Shown here piece after piece: positions 1 to 12,928 of a stretch of 42,752 nucleotides of DNA. Below the pieces are notes generated by a model. It saw only the letters and a program-made list of their open reading frames with translations. It ran no database searches and was not told where the DNA came from. The stretch is from NCBI RefSeq assembly GCF_001194135.2, contig NC_068981.1, positions 118,261,888-118,304,639 of the forward strand, in the 5' to 3' direction. Each line of letters begins with the position of its first letter. Within the stretch, counting starts at the first letter, position 1. This DNA is from Octopus bimaculoides (taxonomy: Eukaryota). The translations under genes and the position numbers were made by a program.

Positions 1-46
1 CATCATCATTATTATTATTATTATTATTATTGGATATTATTGAAAA

Positions 47-160
47 GGAAGCGCGCTAGCAGAATTGCTAACGCAACGGACAAAATGCTTCACAGTATTT
101 CATCTGGATCTTTACGTTCTGCATTCAGAATTCACCGAAGTTAATATTACTTATCATCCT
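47..160 (+). mobile_element. Truncated tRNA-derived SINE (same family as 19583-19793 and 19813-20020)
   Basis: gctagcagaattgctaacgcaacggacaaaatgctt...gttctgcattcagaattcaccgaagtt...tcatcct aligns by eye with the 5' half of the two copies at 19583-20020; ends before the central domain. Confidence 0.7.
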
Positions 161-460
161 CTAGAATCTGAATGAATTTTAACGTTAAACTTTATACCAA
201 ACTCCCTCAAATCAGAAATATTAGCTTCTTTAAAATGACGAACATATTTGATAAAATTATCTGAGCTGAAATCTCTCCAAAACCACTCCTAGGTGGTCAA
301 GTTTAAATGTTTCTTGACATCTCTCAGTTCGATCAAGCTAAATAGAACAAACAGTTGTACCAACCCCATCTACCAGCAAAGATATTCTTCTTAGGGGATT
401 ATGATAACATAAAATTCTAAGATGTTCTTTTAAAATAAAATTCGACATCAGTATTTGAAC

Positions 461-499
461 GCTACTTAATTTCATCGATCGTAGAAAGATGAAAAGCAA
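461..499 (-). mobile_element. SINE central-domain fragment
   Basis: Reverse complement ttgcttttcatctttctacgatcgatgaaattaagtagc resembles tttgcattttatcctttcagagacgataaaataagtacc at ~19679-19717. Confidence 0.5.
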
Positions 500-1519
500 T
501 GATAAGTAGACTTGTACTAAAAAGATAAAGGCTATAATTTATCATTGCAAGGCATTTTATTTTGTTCGTCACTTTAGCGTTTCTGATATCTACTAGGTTT
601 AAGCGTCTAAGCCCTTCACGACATGATGCAACATAGTAAATGCTTGAATTTTCAGAGGTGAGACAACACTCAGAATTATACAACCTGACATTCTTCTTAC
701 ATTAAAGATGATAATTTTGAATTGGAACGCCTAGAAATTAATTCCCCCAAAATATAAAAAGTTTGCCTAACAAATACAACACGAAACTTTACTTCACTAC
801 AGATCCACAAATTCATTGAATTTGTTTTTACTCTACACAAGCAATATCATTGATTCTTTTGTTATTGTTCAGCCATAAGTTGACCGTGACCGCCTACACC
901 TGTGATACAATGTAATCCCTTTCTGCATTTGAACGGTACCCATCGAAGTCTACACTATCTAGTGTGCCACTCCCTTCTAAAGACGATAGCATATAGTGTG
1001 ATAAAAATTTTGGGGCTGATGTTTCTTGCAGGTCGAGAGATATCATAATTACCCATTCCCTAATCAGAAAATTATATTTTACATTCTTCTTACTGCTTAG
1101 CTTCAATTGGGTGGTGAATAAGCTGACTTATGACACAGCGCAAGATCGTATGAAACAAAGTTCAAAATGTTATGTATTGCACATTAGTATGTGACGTATT
1201 TCTATTCTTGAAGGAGGCTATGTACGATTTGAGGGAGATTAAGATTTTAGATAGTCGATGAATTTGTAGGCACATGTTTGTTTCTTTATGATGAAAGGAA
1301 TGTAGTCGATTAATTCGACTTCAATGCGTTAATGGCAAGAAATGTTATTGAATAGAAAAAATTGAAGGTAATCCATTGTAGTCAAAGGTAATGATATAAC
1401 AGAGTCGCTCAGCATAACGATAGTGTCTAGAAAAGTTGCCGATGTGCAACAGATATCGACAAATATTGGAACGATAAATACTTAAATACTTAATGTATAT
1501 GTGTGCTTGTGCGTGTGTT

Positions 1520-1584
<65 letters not shown>

Positions 1585-1644
1585 GAAGAAAGAGAGAGAG
1601 ATGCATATATATACATAGATGCATACACACATACACACACACAA

Positions 1645-1710
<66 letters not shown>
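1520..1710. repeat. Compound microsatellite (TA)n/(GA)n/(CA)n running into an assembly gap
   Basis: Directly visible. Confidence 0.95.
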
Positions 1711-2387
1711 NNNNNNNNNNNNNNNNNNNNNNNNNNNNNNNNNNNNNNNNNNNNNNNNNNNNNNNNNNNNNNNNNNNNNNNNNNNNNNNNNNNNNNNNNN
1801 NNNNNNNNNNNNNNNNNNNNNNNNNNNNNNNNNNNNNNNNNNNNNNNNNNNNNNNNNNNNNNNNNNNNNNNNNNNNNNNNNNNNNNNNNNNNNNNNNNNN
1901 NNNNNNNNNNNNNNNNNNNNNNNNNNNNNNNNNNNNNNNNNNNNNNNNNNNNNNNNNNNNNNNNNNNNNNNNNNNNNNNNNNNNNNNNNNNNNNNNNNNN
2001 NNNNNNNNNNNNNNNNNNNNNNNNNNNNNNNNNNNNNNNNNNNNNNNNNNNNNNNNNNNNNNNNNNNNNNNNNNNNNNNNNNNNNNNNNNNNNNNNNNNN
2101 NNNNNNNNNNNNNNNNNNNNNNNNNNNNNNNNNNNNNNNNNNNNNNNNNNNNNNNNNNNNNNNNNNNNNNNNNNNNNNNNNNNNNNNNNNNNNNNNNNNN
2201 NNNNNNNNNNNNNNNNNNNNNNNNNNNNNNNNNNNNNNNNNNNNNNNNNNNNNNNNNNNNNNNNNNNNNNNNNNNNNNNNNNNNNNNNNNNNNNNNNNNN
2301 NNNNNNNNNNNNNNNNNNNNNNNNNNNNNNNNNNNNNNNNNNNNNNNNNNNNNNNNNNNNNNNNNNNNNNNNNNNNNNNNNNNNNNN

Positions 2388-2427
2388 ATACATACATACA
2401 TACATACATACATACATACATACATAC
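2388..2427 (+). repeat. (CATA)n microsatellite immediately 5' of R4/Dong-like copy A
   Basis: Directly visible; starts at the gap edge. Confidence 0.95.
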
Positions 2428-2433
2428 TCCTAC

Positions 2434-2843
2434 GCACTTACTCTTCCAGATTACAAGTTTAGTGTATACATGTAGCTATTGGGGTGCTGGAATATGTAAT
2501 ACACTGCCTAAATACCAATCTTCAGAAATTAAGTTTCTCAAAACCAGAAGGGAGAAAGCTAATTCGAATACTACACATCCAATCTATCACTGGAACTGTT
2601 AAAATCTGTAAAACTTTCCAGATGTTTATCATTTAATATATATGAACATATCTTGATATGCAAGTACAAGCATGAGAAAGCATACATAAAACAAAACATA
2701 CAAATATATACATATACATACATACATACATACAAAAATACCCTGTTGACGTTGTTGAATTTCCAGTGAAAAAGCCTTGGATCTAGGTTAGAAATCGCCT
2801 CTTCTCTATTGGAAAGAAATCTTGAAATAAAACTGAATAATGA
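2434..2843 (+). mobile_element. 5'-truncated R4/Dong-like non-LTR retrotransposon, copy A (end of REL endonuclease + 3' UTR)
   Basis: Colinear with 30855-31217 (e.g. ccagattacaagtt, agtttctcaaaaccagaa(g/a)ggagaaagctaattcgaa, ccctgttg, ttggatctaggttagaaa, aagaaatcttgaaat, actgaataatga); roughly 80-85% identity by eye; followed by a (CATA)n tail. Confidence 0.9.
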
Positions 2844-2899
2844 CATGCATACTGCATACATACATACATGCATGCATGTATACGTAGATACATGCATGC

Positions 2900-2930
<31 letters not shown>

Positions 2931-2947
2931 CATACATACATACATAC
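2844..2947 (+). repeat. (CATA)n-type tract between R4/Dong-like copies A and B
   Basis: Directly visible; degenerate at the 5' end, pure at the 3' end. Confidence 0.9.
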
Positions 2948-3375
2948 TTACAGTAGTTGCCCAACAGATATCAGTATAAATCTAAAGTATCCGTGAAGTA
3001 GAAAATACGTACGTTGAACTATTGGGAATTTATAGATATTCCACTTGCACTACAAGTTTAGGTTCATACCAGTAATTACTGAGGCGATTTGATACGAAAC
3101 CAACTGCCTCAACACCGATTTTGAGAAATTGCAATTCTCACAACCGTTATGGAGAAACCAAAGTCGAAGACAAGCCATCAATTATACAGTAAAATATGTA
3201 AAACTTAACTAGTATTTTACAAGTAAGTACATATGGAAAAATACAGACATGCAACTATATGTATGATTAGACATACATAAAACAAAGCATGCATATCTGC
3301 ACACGTAGCGATATCAAATACTTGCACAAGCACGGACATGCATGTGCAACTGCCCTGTTGATATCGTTGAAACTA
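2948..3375 (+). mobile_element. 5'-truncated, more diverged R4/Dong-like copy B (REL domain C-terminus + part of 3' UTR)
   Basis: Translates with stops/frameshifts to SCPTDISINLK..IREVENTYVELLGNL*..HYKFRFIPVITEAI*YETNCLNTDFEKLQFSQP, matching NCPADVNIKLKISERKKTYA*LLINLQLLYPDYKFRFIPVIIGALGCVTHCPNANVEKLGFSKP at 30775-30970; UTR motifs atgcaactatatg and ccctgttg are shared. Confidence 0.8.
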
Positions 3376-5342
3376 CAATAAAATGATAAAGAATATACGC
3401 ATAAGGAATATACACTATCTCTACTGTGATGTGTGATTTCCAGTGTGCGACTAATTTTTACTATTTGCTTCCTTTCTTGTCTCTAATACCATTATTGGTG
3501 TTATATGCCTATGTATATACTCTTTAATAATGATTCAGAGTAGTACATACCGAACCGATGTATATTCTCTTTAGTAATGTTAAGTTTACTTTATTTCAAC
3601 TGTCATTTTTAATGTTTGCTCTACTATCTTATTCCTTGCCTTGTACTTTTTATTGAGTCATATAATTTTTGTTACGCAAATAGATTTTGATAGTGCATTC
3701 CTTTTTAAATCTTCCCAGTCCATAACTTAACAAATGAAATCGGTCGTTTATCATTTATCATGAAAAAATGCACCTTGAATACCTTCAAATTCTATGCGCG
3801 CGCGTGTGTGGTGTGTGAGAGAGACAGAAAGAGAGTGTGTGTGTTGTGCATGTGCGTATGTGTGTGTTGTGCGCGCGTGTGTGTGTTGTGCGCGCGTGTG
3901 CGTGTATGTGGTGTCTGAGGCGTAGAGAGAGTGTGTGTGTGTGTGTGAGTGTGTGCATGTATGTGTGTTTTTATGCATATATTCATAGGTGTGTAAGCTT
4001 TATTTATACCACATGAATGTGATGAATTTGACTACTTGAATTTTTCTTTGTTACAGATCACTAATAACGGGTAAAACACACACACGCACACACACACATT
4101 TTGAAGGAAATATATATGTGTGTATGTATATACGTATGCATATAATATATATACTCAATCTCATATATGTGAGTGTGGATGTATGTGCATACGTATATAA
4201 TTATGGATATATGAATATATGTATATATATGTATGTATATATACATATGTATGTATGTATATATATGTGTGTGTGGGTGTGTTTATGTATGTACGTATGT
4301 ATATGCCAAATATACATTGCATGATCACAGAGGAGGTAAAATAGTGGCGAACAAAATTTGCTATGCTTTTTCGATGCCGCCGCCGCTTCAGGCTATTTTA
4401 CAGTTAATTTTATGCTGCTATTGCATAGATGAAAGATGTGTTCTTCCCATTATAATGAATATAGAAACTGTTTTACTGATCAAAAGAAATAGTACCGTAG
4501 CATACACTATAATGTCAAAACAATATTCGAGGCATTCCCTCGTTGTGCAACTTATGTAGTTATCTGTTATTACTTTTTTGTAGTTTAAATTATTTTCAGC
4601 TTTTTTGCTTCAGCAGTGTACCCTGAAACATGATCCTCATATTTTTTGTGTTAAACTATATTTAAGTGCGTCTGTTCATGTGTGTGTATATATACACGTA
4701 ATAGCATACACATAAATGTAATACCATAAATTCCAGTATTCAACTTGATATATTATACTATGTAACTAATTTCATTTTGGATCTGTATTTGTAGGAGATT
4801 GACAAAATGGATGTCATAGAGGCACTATACCTGAATATATCACGTCGGTCTTACGAATAGAATGTCTTAGAGTAGTCTCTGCTCAATCAGAGCTGACGTA
4901 TAGCCAAGCAACAGCAACGTTCGTATTATTTTTTCACCACATACATACAAATGTATAATACGTTTGTTTGCGTATAGTGACATTCAATCTCAAAATTAGA
5001 TTGACCGGACGGTATTAATCTATGAAGACATTTTGGCAATCATATTCACATCTTTTTGAAGCTGTTTATCAAGAACATTATCAAATGTACCCTTTCAAAT
5101 TTTTAGTATAGTTAGCTTGTGCTTTGAAGAGCTGGTGCTGTTTCTAACTAGGTAATTGATAATGTAAATGTTCTCACATTTAGTTATATATTGATATTTA
5201 TACGCGTGCATAAATGTGTATATGTGTTTATCTTAAACATTTGACTGTCAAACCTACTCCAATACTAACATCACAAAACTAATAAACACTTTATGGAACT
5301 CTCCGACATCTGTTTACTGACCGGCGGCTTCTAGTCAGGTCG

Positions 5343-5499
5343 CAAGAGTTCCAGCACTGCTTCGAACAGTGGAAACGCGTCTGCACCGATGCATTGCTTC
5401 AAATAGAGAATACTTTGAAGGCGATAAAAGTGTAAACACGTAAAACTAAGGGAATAAAATAGTATTACAAAATTCCGGTTTCTTTTGAGAACTCCCTCT
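5343..5499 (+). mobile_element. Mariner (Tc1/mariner) transposon 3' remnant: transposase C-terminus + probable 3' TIR
   Basis: QEFQHCFEQWKR / (frameshift) RCIASNREYFEGDK matches the typical mariner C-terminal motif F..CF..W..RW.KCI...GEYFEGD; followed by aaattccggtttcttttgagaactccctc, which resembles a mariner terminal repeat. Confidence 0.75.
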
Positions 5500-6239
5500 C
5501 ACAGGTCAAAAATGACAATTAATTATCGAAATAACAATTAAAAAGGTTAATAATAAAGTGCAGAAGCAGATTATACCGGCCATTTGGAATTACACAAAAT
5601 ACATTTTCAGTTTGATTCATGTTGATGAGTAGTGGGGAAATATTTTGCGCACCAACACTCTGTTAACATATACATACACACATACTCAAGCACATACGCA
5701 TTCACAAACATATGCACGCATAACACACACACACACACACACATACGACAATAAATGCACGTACACACACATATATTTGACATTTCGAGTTCTGTTTAAC
5801 ACAAGACTTAATAACAAGGAAGATTATTAATATTTTTGTTCTACTGCGTTGAAGTAATGATATTTATCTTCTATTAACAAAAATATATCCTTTCTAATTA
5901 ACTTATTGAGTTCTCAAAAATCTGTCCGCCAAAGCGCTTAAACTGATATAAACACAGACACACAAACACATGCACACGTACATATATATATATATATANN
6001 NNNNNNNNNNNNNNNNNNNNNNNNNNNNNNNNNNNNNNNNNNNNNNNNNNNNNNNNNNNNNNNNNNNNNNNNNNNNNNNNNNNNNNNNNNNNNNNNNNNN
6101 NNNNNNNNNNNNNNNNNNNNNNNNNNNNNNNNNNNNNNNNNNNNNNNNNNNNNNNNNNNNNNNNNNNNNNNNNNNNNNNNNNNNNNNNNNNNNNNNNNTA
6201 TATATATATATATATATACGTACATGTGTGTGTATGAGT

Positions 6240-6287
<48 letters not shown>

Positions 6288-6571
6288 GGGAGAATATGAA
6301 TGTATATGTGCGTTTCTAAGTAAGTTTCTGTAAACGTATGTGTGAGGAGAGCGACAGACAGAGGCTGGCAGAGTGGTAGGTAGATAATTAGGCAAACAGA
6401 AGGAGGAATTTTTTTATATCGGATTGGAACAAGACAGAGTGCCGTTTTGCCTTGGGCATTGACCGCAATACTTTCCTCCGTGTGCCACTTTATCAAAGTC
6501 CATTTGCCGAACACTTTGTAGCACATAAAAGGACGCAACAAGAACAACGTAAATTTGAATCTTGATTCACA

Positions 6572-6612
<41 letters not shown>

Positions 6613-7573
6613 ACGCACACGTGCGCGCGCACTCACAAACACACATAAACACACACACGCCCGTGCGCGCACACACACACTCATACACACTTATGTATAA
6701 AAATAAACAATTCAATAAAGAAGCAGATTTAACGTGCTACTGCCATTAATACTTCAGCTGCATACTTTTCGCTGCGGGATATTTTTCTTTATGTAGTACT
6801 TCGTTCATAAGACAACATTTCAGCAGCACTAGTTACGGTTGAGCAACAGTGCGTTTTATAATATTAATTTGAGCACATAATATTTTTGTATATAGTGTCA
6901 GTAATTACATTTCAATGTTAAGATGGAAATTATGACATGAGACATAGAGTCAAAGAGGTAAGTTGAAACGGTGATAAAAAGAGCGCTTAGAGCTCTCGGC
7001 GTAAGTAAATTTCAACGAGTCAGCCGTTTAACTACTTATAAATGACGATGAAGTAAATAGATTGATACTTCGTTTTCACGATAAGTATTCTGTTGTCTGA
7101 TCAAAATACTAACTTGAAAATAGTTCACTATTCCACAAAGTTGTGTAACGTTAACGTAAAGCTGAAGCCAAATAAGTGTGATACAGTGTGAGGTAATACT
7201 CTAGCTGTGAATTAGAGTTACACAGTCCGATCTTTGATTTACGCTTATAGTACATCTTATGGGATTCGCACAATTTCCATCTACGAAGTATCACTAAAAA
7301 CACTGCGGTCGTTCTTAACGAAGAACATTAGAGAACTACTTGATTAAAGAGGTTTATGTTTTATGGTATATCTGTATCTTTGTGTTGGTATGTGTGAACG
7401 TATATAACATTATACTATATCTGCTTTGTTTTGTTGTTTTTATATATCCCACCCACTACCATTAGCATTGTTGCAATACCAAAACAATAGTATAAAACGA
7501 GAACAACGTCTGTACAAGCATGTATACATTTATTTATCAATTTATCTATCTATCTATGTGTGTGTATGTGTGT

Positions 7574-7610
<37 letters not shown>

Positions 7611-7630
7611 CGCGTAGCGGGGAGTGTCTA

Positions 7631-7665
<35 letters not shown>

Positions 7666-8105
7666 GTATATATTAAATGCATATTGTATGTGATTAGTTT
7701 ATACGACCAGAAGCTACGGGATAGCACGCTTGGAAACGTCGCCTCATAATGCCAAATGTTAAAAAACACGGAATAGTTCAGTTGTGGCAAGAAAACTCGC
7801 ACCGTGATTGAATGACAATGGTGGATATCGATATTTCGCTGAGTTAAAGCTCGTCAGTATCGTACATTCGATGCACGCATATCAGTGCGCACACACAGAC
7901 ACAGACACACACACACACACAGAAGCACACACAAAAGCACACACACTAAACACACACATATACAAACATACAAACGTACACACACGCACATACAAACACA
8001 CATACACACACATACAAAAACACACACATACCAATTAACTATATATAAAAATACGCATATTTATATATATATATATATATCATTTAAAAATTATCATTAA
8101 TATAA

Positions 8106-8140
8106 CTAGCAGAAAGACTGCCCTCCGGGCAGTTTTCTGC
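8106..8140 (-). mobile_element. Helitron-like 3' terminus (GC-rich hairpin followed by CTAG|T)
   Basis: Minus strand reads aa-ctgccc-gga-gggcag-tctttctg-CTAG-t. A hairpin ~8 nt upstream of a terminal CTRR followed by T is the established Helitron 3' signature. The 5' TC end cannot be placed. Confidence 0.5.
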
Positions 8141-8589
8141 CAGCCCCTTGATAATATTTTCACATTTGATTCCCAATTCTAATAATTTTTATGATATTTT
8201 ACGTCTAATTATCTCTTTGTATAACAGTACTCACTTGCTTAGTAAATGTCACTTTCATTATTTTATCACAGTCGTAATCTCTCTTTTTGAAACAAACATC
8301 ACGGTAATCCAACCACGGAGAGGAGGCAGTTTGCTACGTTTTACGTTCTCCTCAAAGCAACATAGATATTTCACTTCAGCGGCCCATCTGTAGGTTTTGG
8401 AATGTGTGTGTGTGTGAGACAGAGAGAGAGAGAGAACTTTGCAAACGATAAATGAAATAAATATGAAATGAAAACAATCGTATAAATAAAAGGGCATTAC
8501 TACAGTTGTATATATCCCTAACTTTGTTGCCTCATAATATCCACAAAAATGAATACTTTTTAACGAAAGTTTCTACAAATATCGCTTAG

Positions 8590-9970
8590 ATGTTGCGGCT
8601 TCAACGTATATAGGAATTTATGGGAAAGAATTTTTCCGATTTTGGCCATTTCTCTTTAACGTAAAAACAATGGAAAAATTCATACGATCCGACTTTTTCC
8701 CGTCATAACTTCTAGCAAAAGGGTATCTTTTAATGTAAATTTATACAAATACCTTTCAAACAGCATAGATTACGATTATAAAGGAATTTTTGGGGGAAAC
8801 TTTTTCTGAGGGGTGGGGAGAAGTTTCTGATCAGGAAGACCAAATAAGTTAGAACTTATTTGACGGGGATTTTCCCCATTTTTTAAATCNNNNNNNNNNN
8901 NNNNNNNNNNNNNNNNNNNNNNNNNNNNNNNNNNNNNNNNNNNNNNNNNNNNNNNNNNNNNNNNNNNNNNNNNNNNNNNNNNNNNNNNNNNNNNNNNNNN
9001 NNNNNNNNNNNNNNNNNNNNNNNNNNNNNNNNNNNNNNNNNNNNNNNNNNNNNNNNNNNNNNNNNNNNNNNNNNNNNNNNNNNNNNNNNNNNNNNNNNNN
9101 NNNNNNNNNNNNNNNNNNNNNNNNNNNNNNNNNNNNNNNNNNNNNNNNNNNNNNNNNNNNNNNNNNNNNNNNNNNNNNNNNNNNNNNNNNNNNNNNNNNN
9201 NNNNNNNNNNNNNNNNNNNNNNNNNNNNNNNNNNNNNNNNNNNNNNNNNNNNNNNNNNNNGGGAGGATCCATTTCGGTAAAAAAAAGTATTGCTAGAATT
9301 TTTAGAGGGAAAACTGAATAATTTCAGTGGGATTTGGCTGTTGGTTCTAGCAATCTGAAGACAGCCCTCTACATTTCTCTCATGTATTGATGTTTCTCAA
9401 TATTTTTCTCTCCCTATATGCTAAAGAAAATAAAATTTGAAAAATTATGAATTTTTTGCAACCCCCACTCCCTGCACCCAATTATTTCCGTTTATGAATT
9501 AAAATATTGGAGAGCCTGAGATGGTCATTGCTGGCATTTATCCACAGTGATTTAAAGAAAGAGTTTAATACTTTTCTGTTAGAAAATGATTTTTCTTACA
9601 CACACACACGGCTTCACTTGATTGAGGTGTCGGGGAAGTAAAAATTTAGGTTAGAGTTTCTATGTTGTTGCTTGTATTCCATCAATGGACCACGCGTGTG
9701 GTACTTCGGCATTATCATTCTATAAAATGTGTTTAATGATAGAATAATTTTGAAAAAACATCAATATATGTGAGAGTGAAAACGGAGGGTGGTTTGGGTT
9801 GTGCTAGAGACAACAGCCAAACCACCCTTGAATTGTTCACCTTTTCCTCTGATGATATTTACAATTTTTTTGTTTTTACCAAAAAGTCCTCTCTCAAGGT
9901 TTTAAGTTTTAAAAAATAGCCAAAATCGGTCCGGATCTTTATTATTGTAAGGTCTATAGCGTCGCAACAT
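8590..9970. mobile_element. Putative non-autonomous element bounded by imperfect inverted repeats (contains a gap)
   Basis: atgttgcg (8590-8597) / cgcaacat (9963-9970) and ccgattttggc (8636-8646) / gccaaaatcgg (9919-9929) are exact reverse complements at similar spacing; internal 12-bp perfect hairpin at 9786-9828. Confidence 0.45.
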
Positions 9971-12267
9971 GCATAACAGCAAAATCACTTCTTAAATTAA
10001 AAAAAAAAATTATACCTGTATATTAAAACATTATTATTTTATCAAAAATATTCATTTCAGAAACTCCGGAAACTGATAATATTCTTGAAATTGTGCCTCG
10101 TATCAAAGTTTTACGGCTGTTATTAAATTATCATTAATGAAAATAGAGGTGAGAAAGCGTGAGAGATTGTTGCAAATGAAAACGGAAAATGTCGCTTGCA
10201 ACAAATTAATATTGTTCATTATTACACAATAAAATCTACTCCGCAGTAAATGCAAGGAATATTTAAATTTGTGAAAAATTAGAGTTCAATAATTGAATAA
10301 ACTTCAGAAATGGAAATTACAGGAAATTTCTTAGAACATGAATTTATAAAAACATTCCAGGCGGTCAAGCCTTTTAGTACTTTTAAATTTTACACACCTT
10401 ATTAATAAATAACTTTCTACATTATAATATAGATGTTATAATTTCCTCAATAATCAGGTGTTACGATGCATCAAGTGCATTTAGTGCGGCTTCTCATACA
10501 AACGAATATTTTGTAAAATGCTCAACTGTTATTTTTCTTTATGTGCATGTGCTAAGGTATATCACTATCAAAGCACTAGATGACTTTGTGACGCGATATT
10601 AAATAGCTGTGTTATTAAACTGCATGCTAAGTACACTTTGAATAGTCACCATAATGCTAAATCATTATGTAATTATTATTTGATTTATGGTGTATAATAT
10701 ATATTGTATAGCCTCATTAATATTATTACTAGTTGTACATTTAACATAGTATGTATCATTTATTCCCTTTTCAGAAGAATTCGTCTAGAAGAGAGTAACT
10801 ATGCATGTGTTTATTGAAAAATCGTACTAAAAGTGAAATATGGAATCAAAATATGGTGTTTTGTACATGTGTGTCTTAAAAGATCAGGGCAGTTTTGATT
10901 TACATATATCCGCTAAGTGTAATAGTTTTTGTCATGTTTACGCTTACGGTTCTCACCAGTCAGTAATAGATTTTTGTGTATGAATGTCACGTCAGAATGG
11001 TTTCCATGTTAAGTATGTTATAACATCATTTGCTGATGTTAAATTTAAAAGTGGAAAACTTACCAAGCGGAATTCCTATTATATGTGTATATTATATGTC
11101 TATATTATATGTCTATATGTCTATATGTCTGCAGAAGATAATTGAGCAAAGAATGTTTTTTAATTGATGATATTCTATAGGAAGGGAGTAATGTTAGAAA
11201 GTATGTTATACTGGGCGAACAGACTAGGCTACAAGCATTCCTCTAGATGAGAGATGATTAAATTATATAGAAAAAGAAACATACTTTATATTGACAGATT
11301 GTTTGTAACAGATGGATTAGAACGACCATATCGAGATTTTACTTATGAAAACAGAAAAAAAGGACATTGTTCAAAATCTCAAAGTACAGCTGGTTATATT
11401 TATCTAGATTGGGTTTCTAATGATTATTTTGATATCATTTTTTTGTAGTATATTTTTCAGTTAGAAATAAAATATCTAATTGGGGATTCCTTGTTCAAGA
11501 AACTTCAAGTGAAGACTCGTGCCTTTGCAAAGATTATAAGTAGCGTTTGCGACTTAATTTTAATTAAGCACCACTATTCTGTCACTGCCATTAGTTTGTA
11601 TTTGGACGTTTTCAATGTAGCCAAAAAACAAGCATTTCGTAATATTCAACTCGTATTTCGTTTAGGAGCAAAGAAGTGATTTATGTACGCATGATCAAGA
11701 GTAACTACGTTACATTTCAATATTATCCAGTACTTATTGTTCTTTACAAAATCCTTGTACATTTACTTTTAATGACTTCCAGTGATCTTGGAGACTACTT
11801 TAGATTTCAGAATGATGTCCTTTCTTCTGTTTCCATCGATACATACACACACAAGATATACACATATACACACATACATAGAAACATACGCATAAACACA
11901 CACGCACGCACAAATACAGGCACACACACACACACATATATGCATACATATATACATATATATGTATATCTATTTATATGCATTTGTGTGTATCTGTGTG
12001 TGTGTGTCGTGTGTGTAATTGTGTGTGCATATACTTAGCTGTGTATGTAATCGTTTGAAGTCGAATGCAGTACGTGGAGACATTTTTTTTATTGCTTATA
12101 CGTCTTTGCTGAACACTTTCTGCTTTAATTGTTGTATCAGTTCTTAAATTCTATGGGAGAATACGTTATTGATTTTTACTGCAATATACGACGAAGAAAA
12201 AAATTTAGCACTAACACACGCGCACGTACGCGCACACATACACATACACCCACACATATACACCACA

Positions 12268-12324
<57 letters not shown>

Positions 12325-12552
12325 GTATACTCGCGTATATACAGAAACACAAATAGCCATACACATATCAATACATGCATACATATCTGTGCATGCGGGT
12401 GAGTCCATAAATATGTGTATGTAGGTGTGTGTATGCATATAGGTGTGTGTCTATAAATACAGAAATGATAGATACATATAGAAATCATATATAGTTATAT
12501 ATGAACAACTCTCTCTGTCTGACTCTGTTTATCTATCTATTTCTCCATCTGT

Positions 12553-12584
12553 ATGTGTGTGTGTGCGTGTGTGTGTGTGCGTGT

Positions 12585-12661
<77 letters not shown>
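12553..12661. repeat. (TG)n microsatellite abutting the Gypsy 5' LTR
   Basis: Directly visible. Confidence 0.95.
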
Positions 12662-12662
<1 letters not shown>

Positions 12663-12665
<3 letters not shown>

Positions 12666-12927
12666 GGCGAGAATCATTGACACTCCAGTGGAATTGGAAG
12701 AATGGATTAGCCGAATTCTTAGAAAGAGTAGCATATTGGTTGAGACGATGGACATTGTAGGAGTTGTGGAGAGTTCGCAAAAATCGTAGGAAGTCGTTGA
12801 GATCGTTAAGAGTTTGTGTTTATTGGATAATCGTGTTTAATGGATTATTTAGACGTAAGTTATGCGAAGACAGTTGTGTCTATCACCGCTTCGTTAAATC
12901 TGTGTATCCAGCGTATAGCAGTATATA
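12663..12927 (+). repeat. 5' LTR
   Basis: Starts TGTGGCGAGAATCATTGACAC; about 13 mismatches over the first 85 nt versus 16011 onward (hand count); followed by aatgcgacaa, possibly a decayed tggcgacga-type PBS (inference). Confidence 0.8.
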
Positions 12928-12928
12928 A

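Noticed and set aside
1345-2602. Long ORFs of 311-358 aa, and similar ones at 5898-6574, 8883-9272, 23839-24567, 28078-28495, 34878-35162
   Set aside because: They are open only because they run through N gaps and stop-free microsatellites.
11254-11679. Short ORFs 11254-11448 and 11491-11679
   Set aside because: No recognisable motif or splice structure; lengths within chance expectation.
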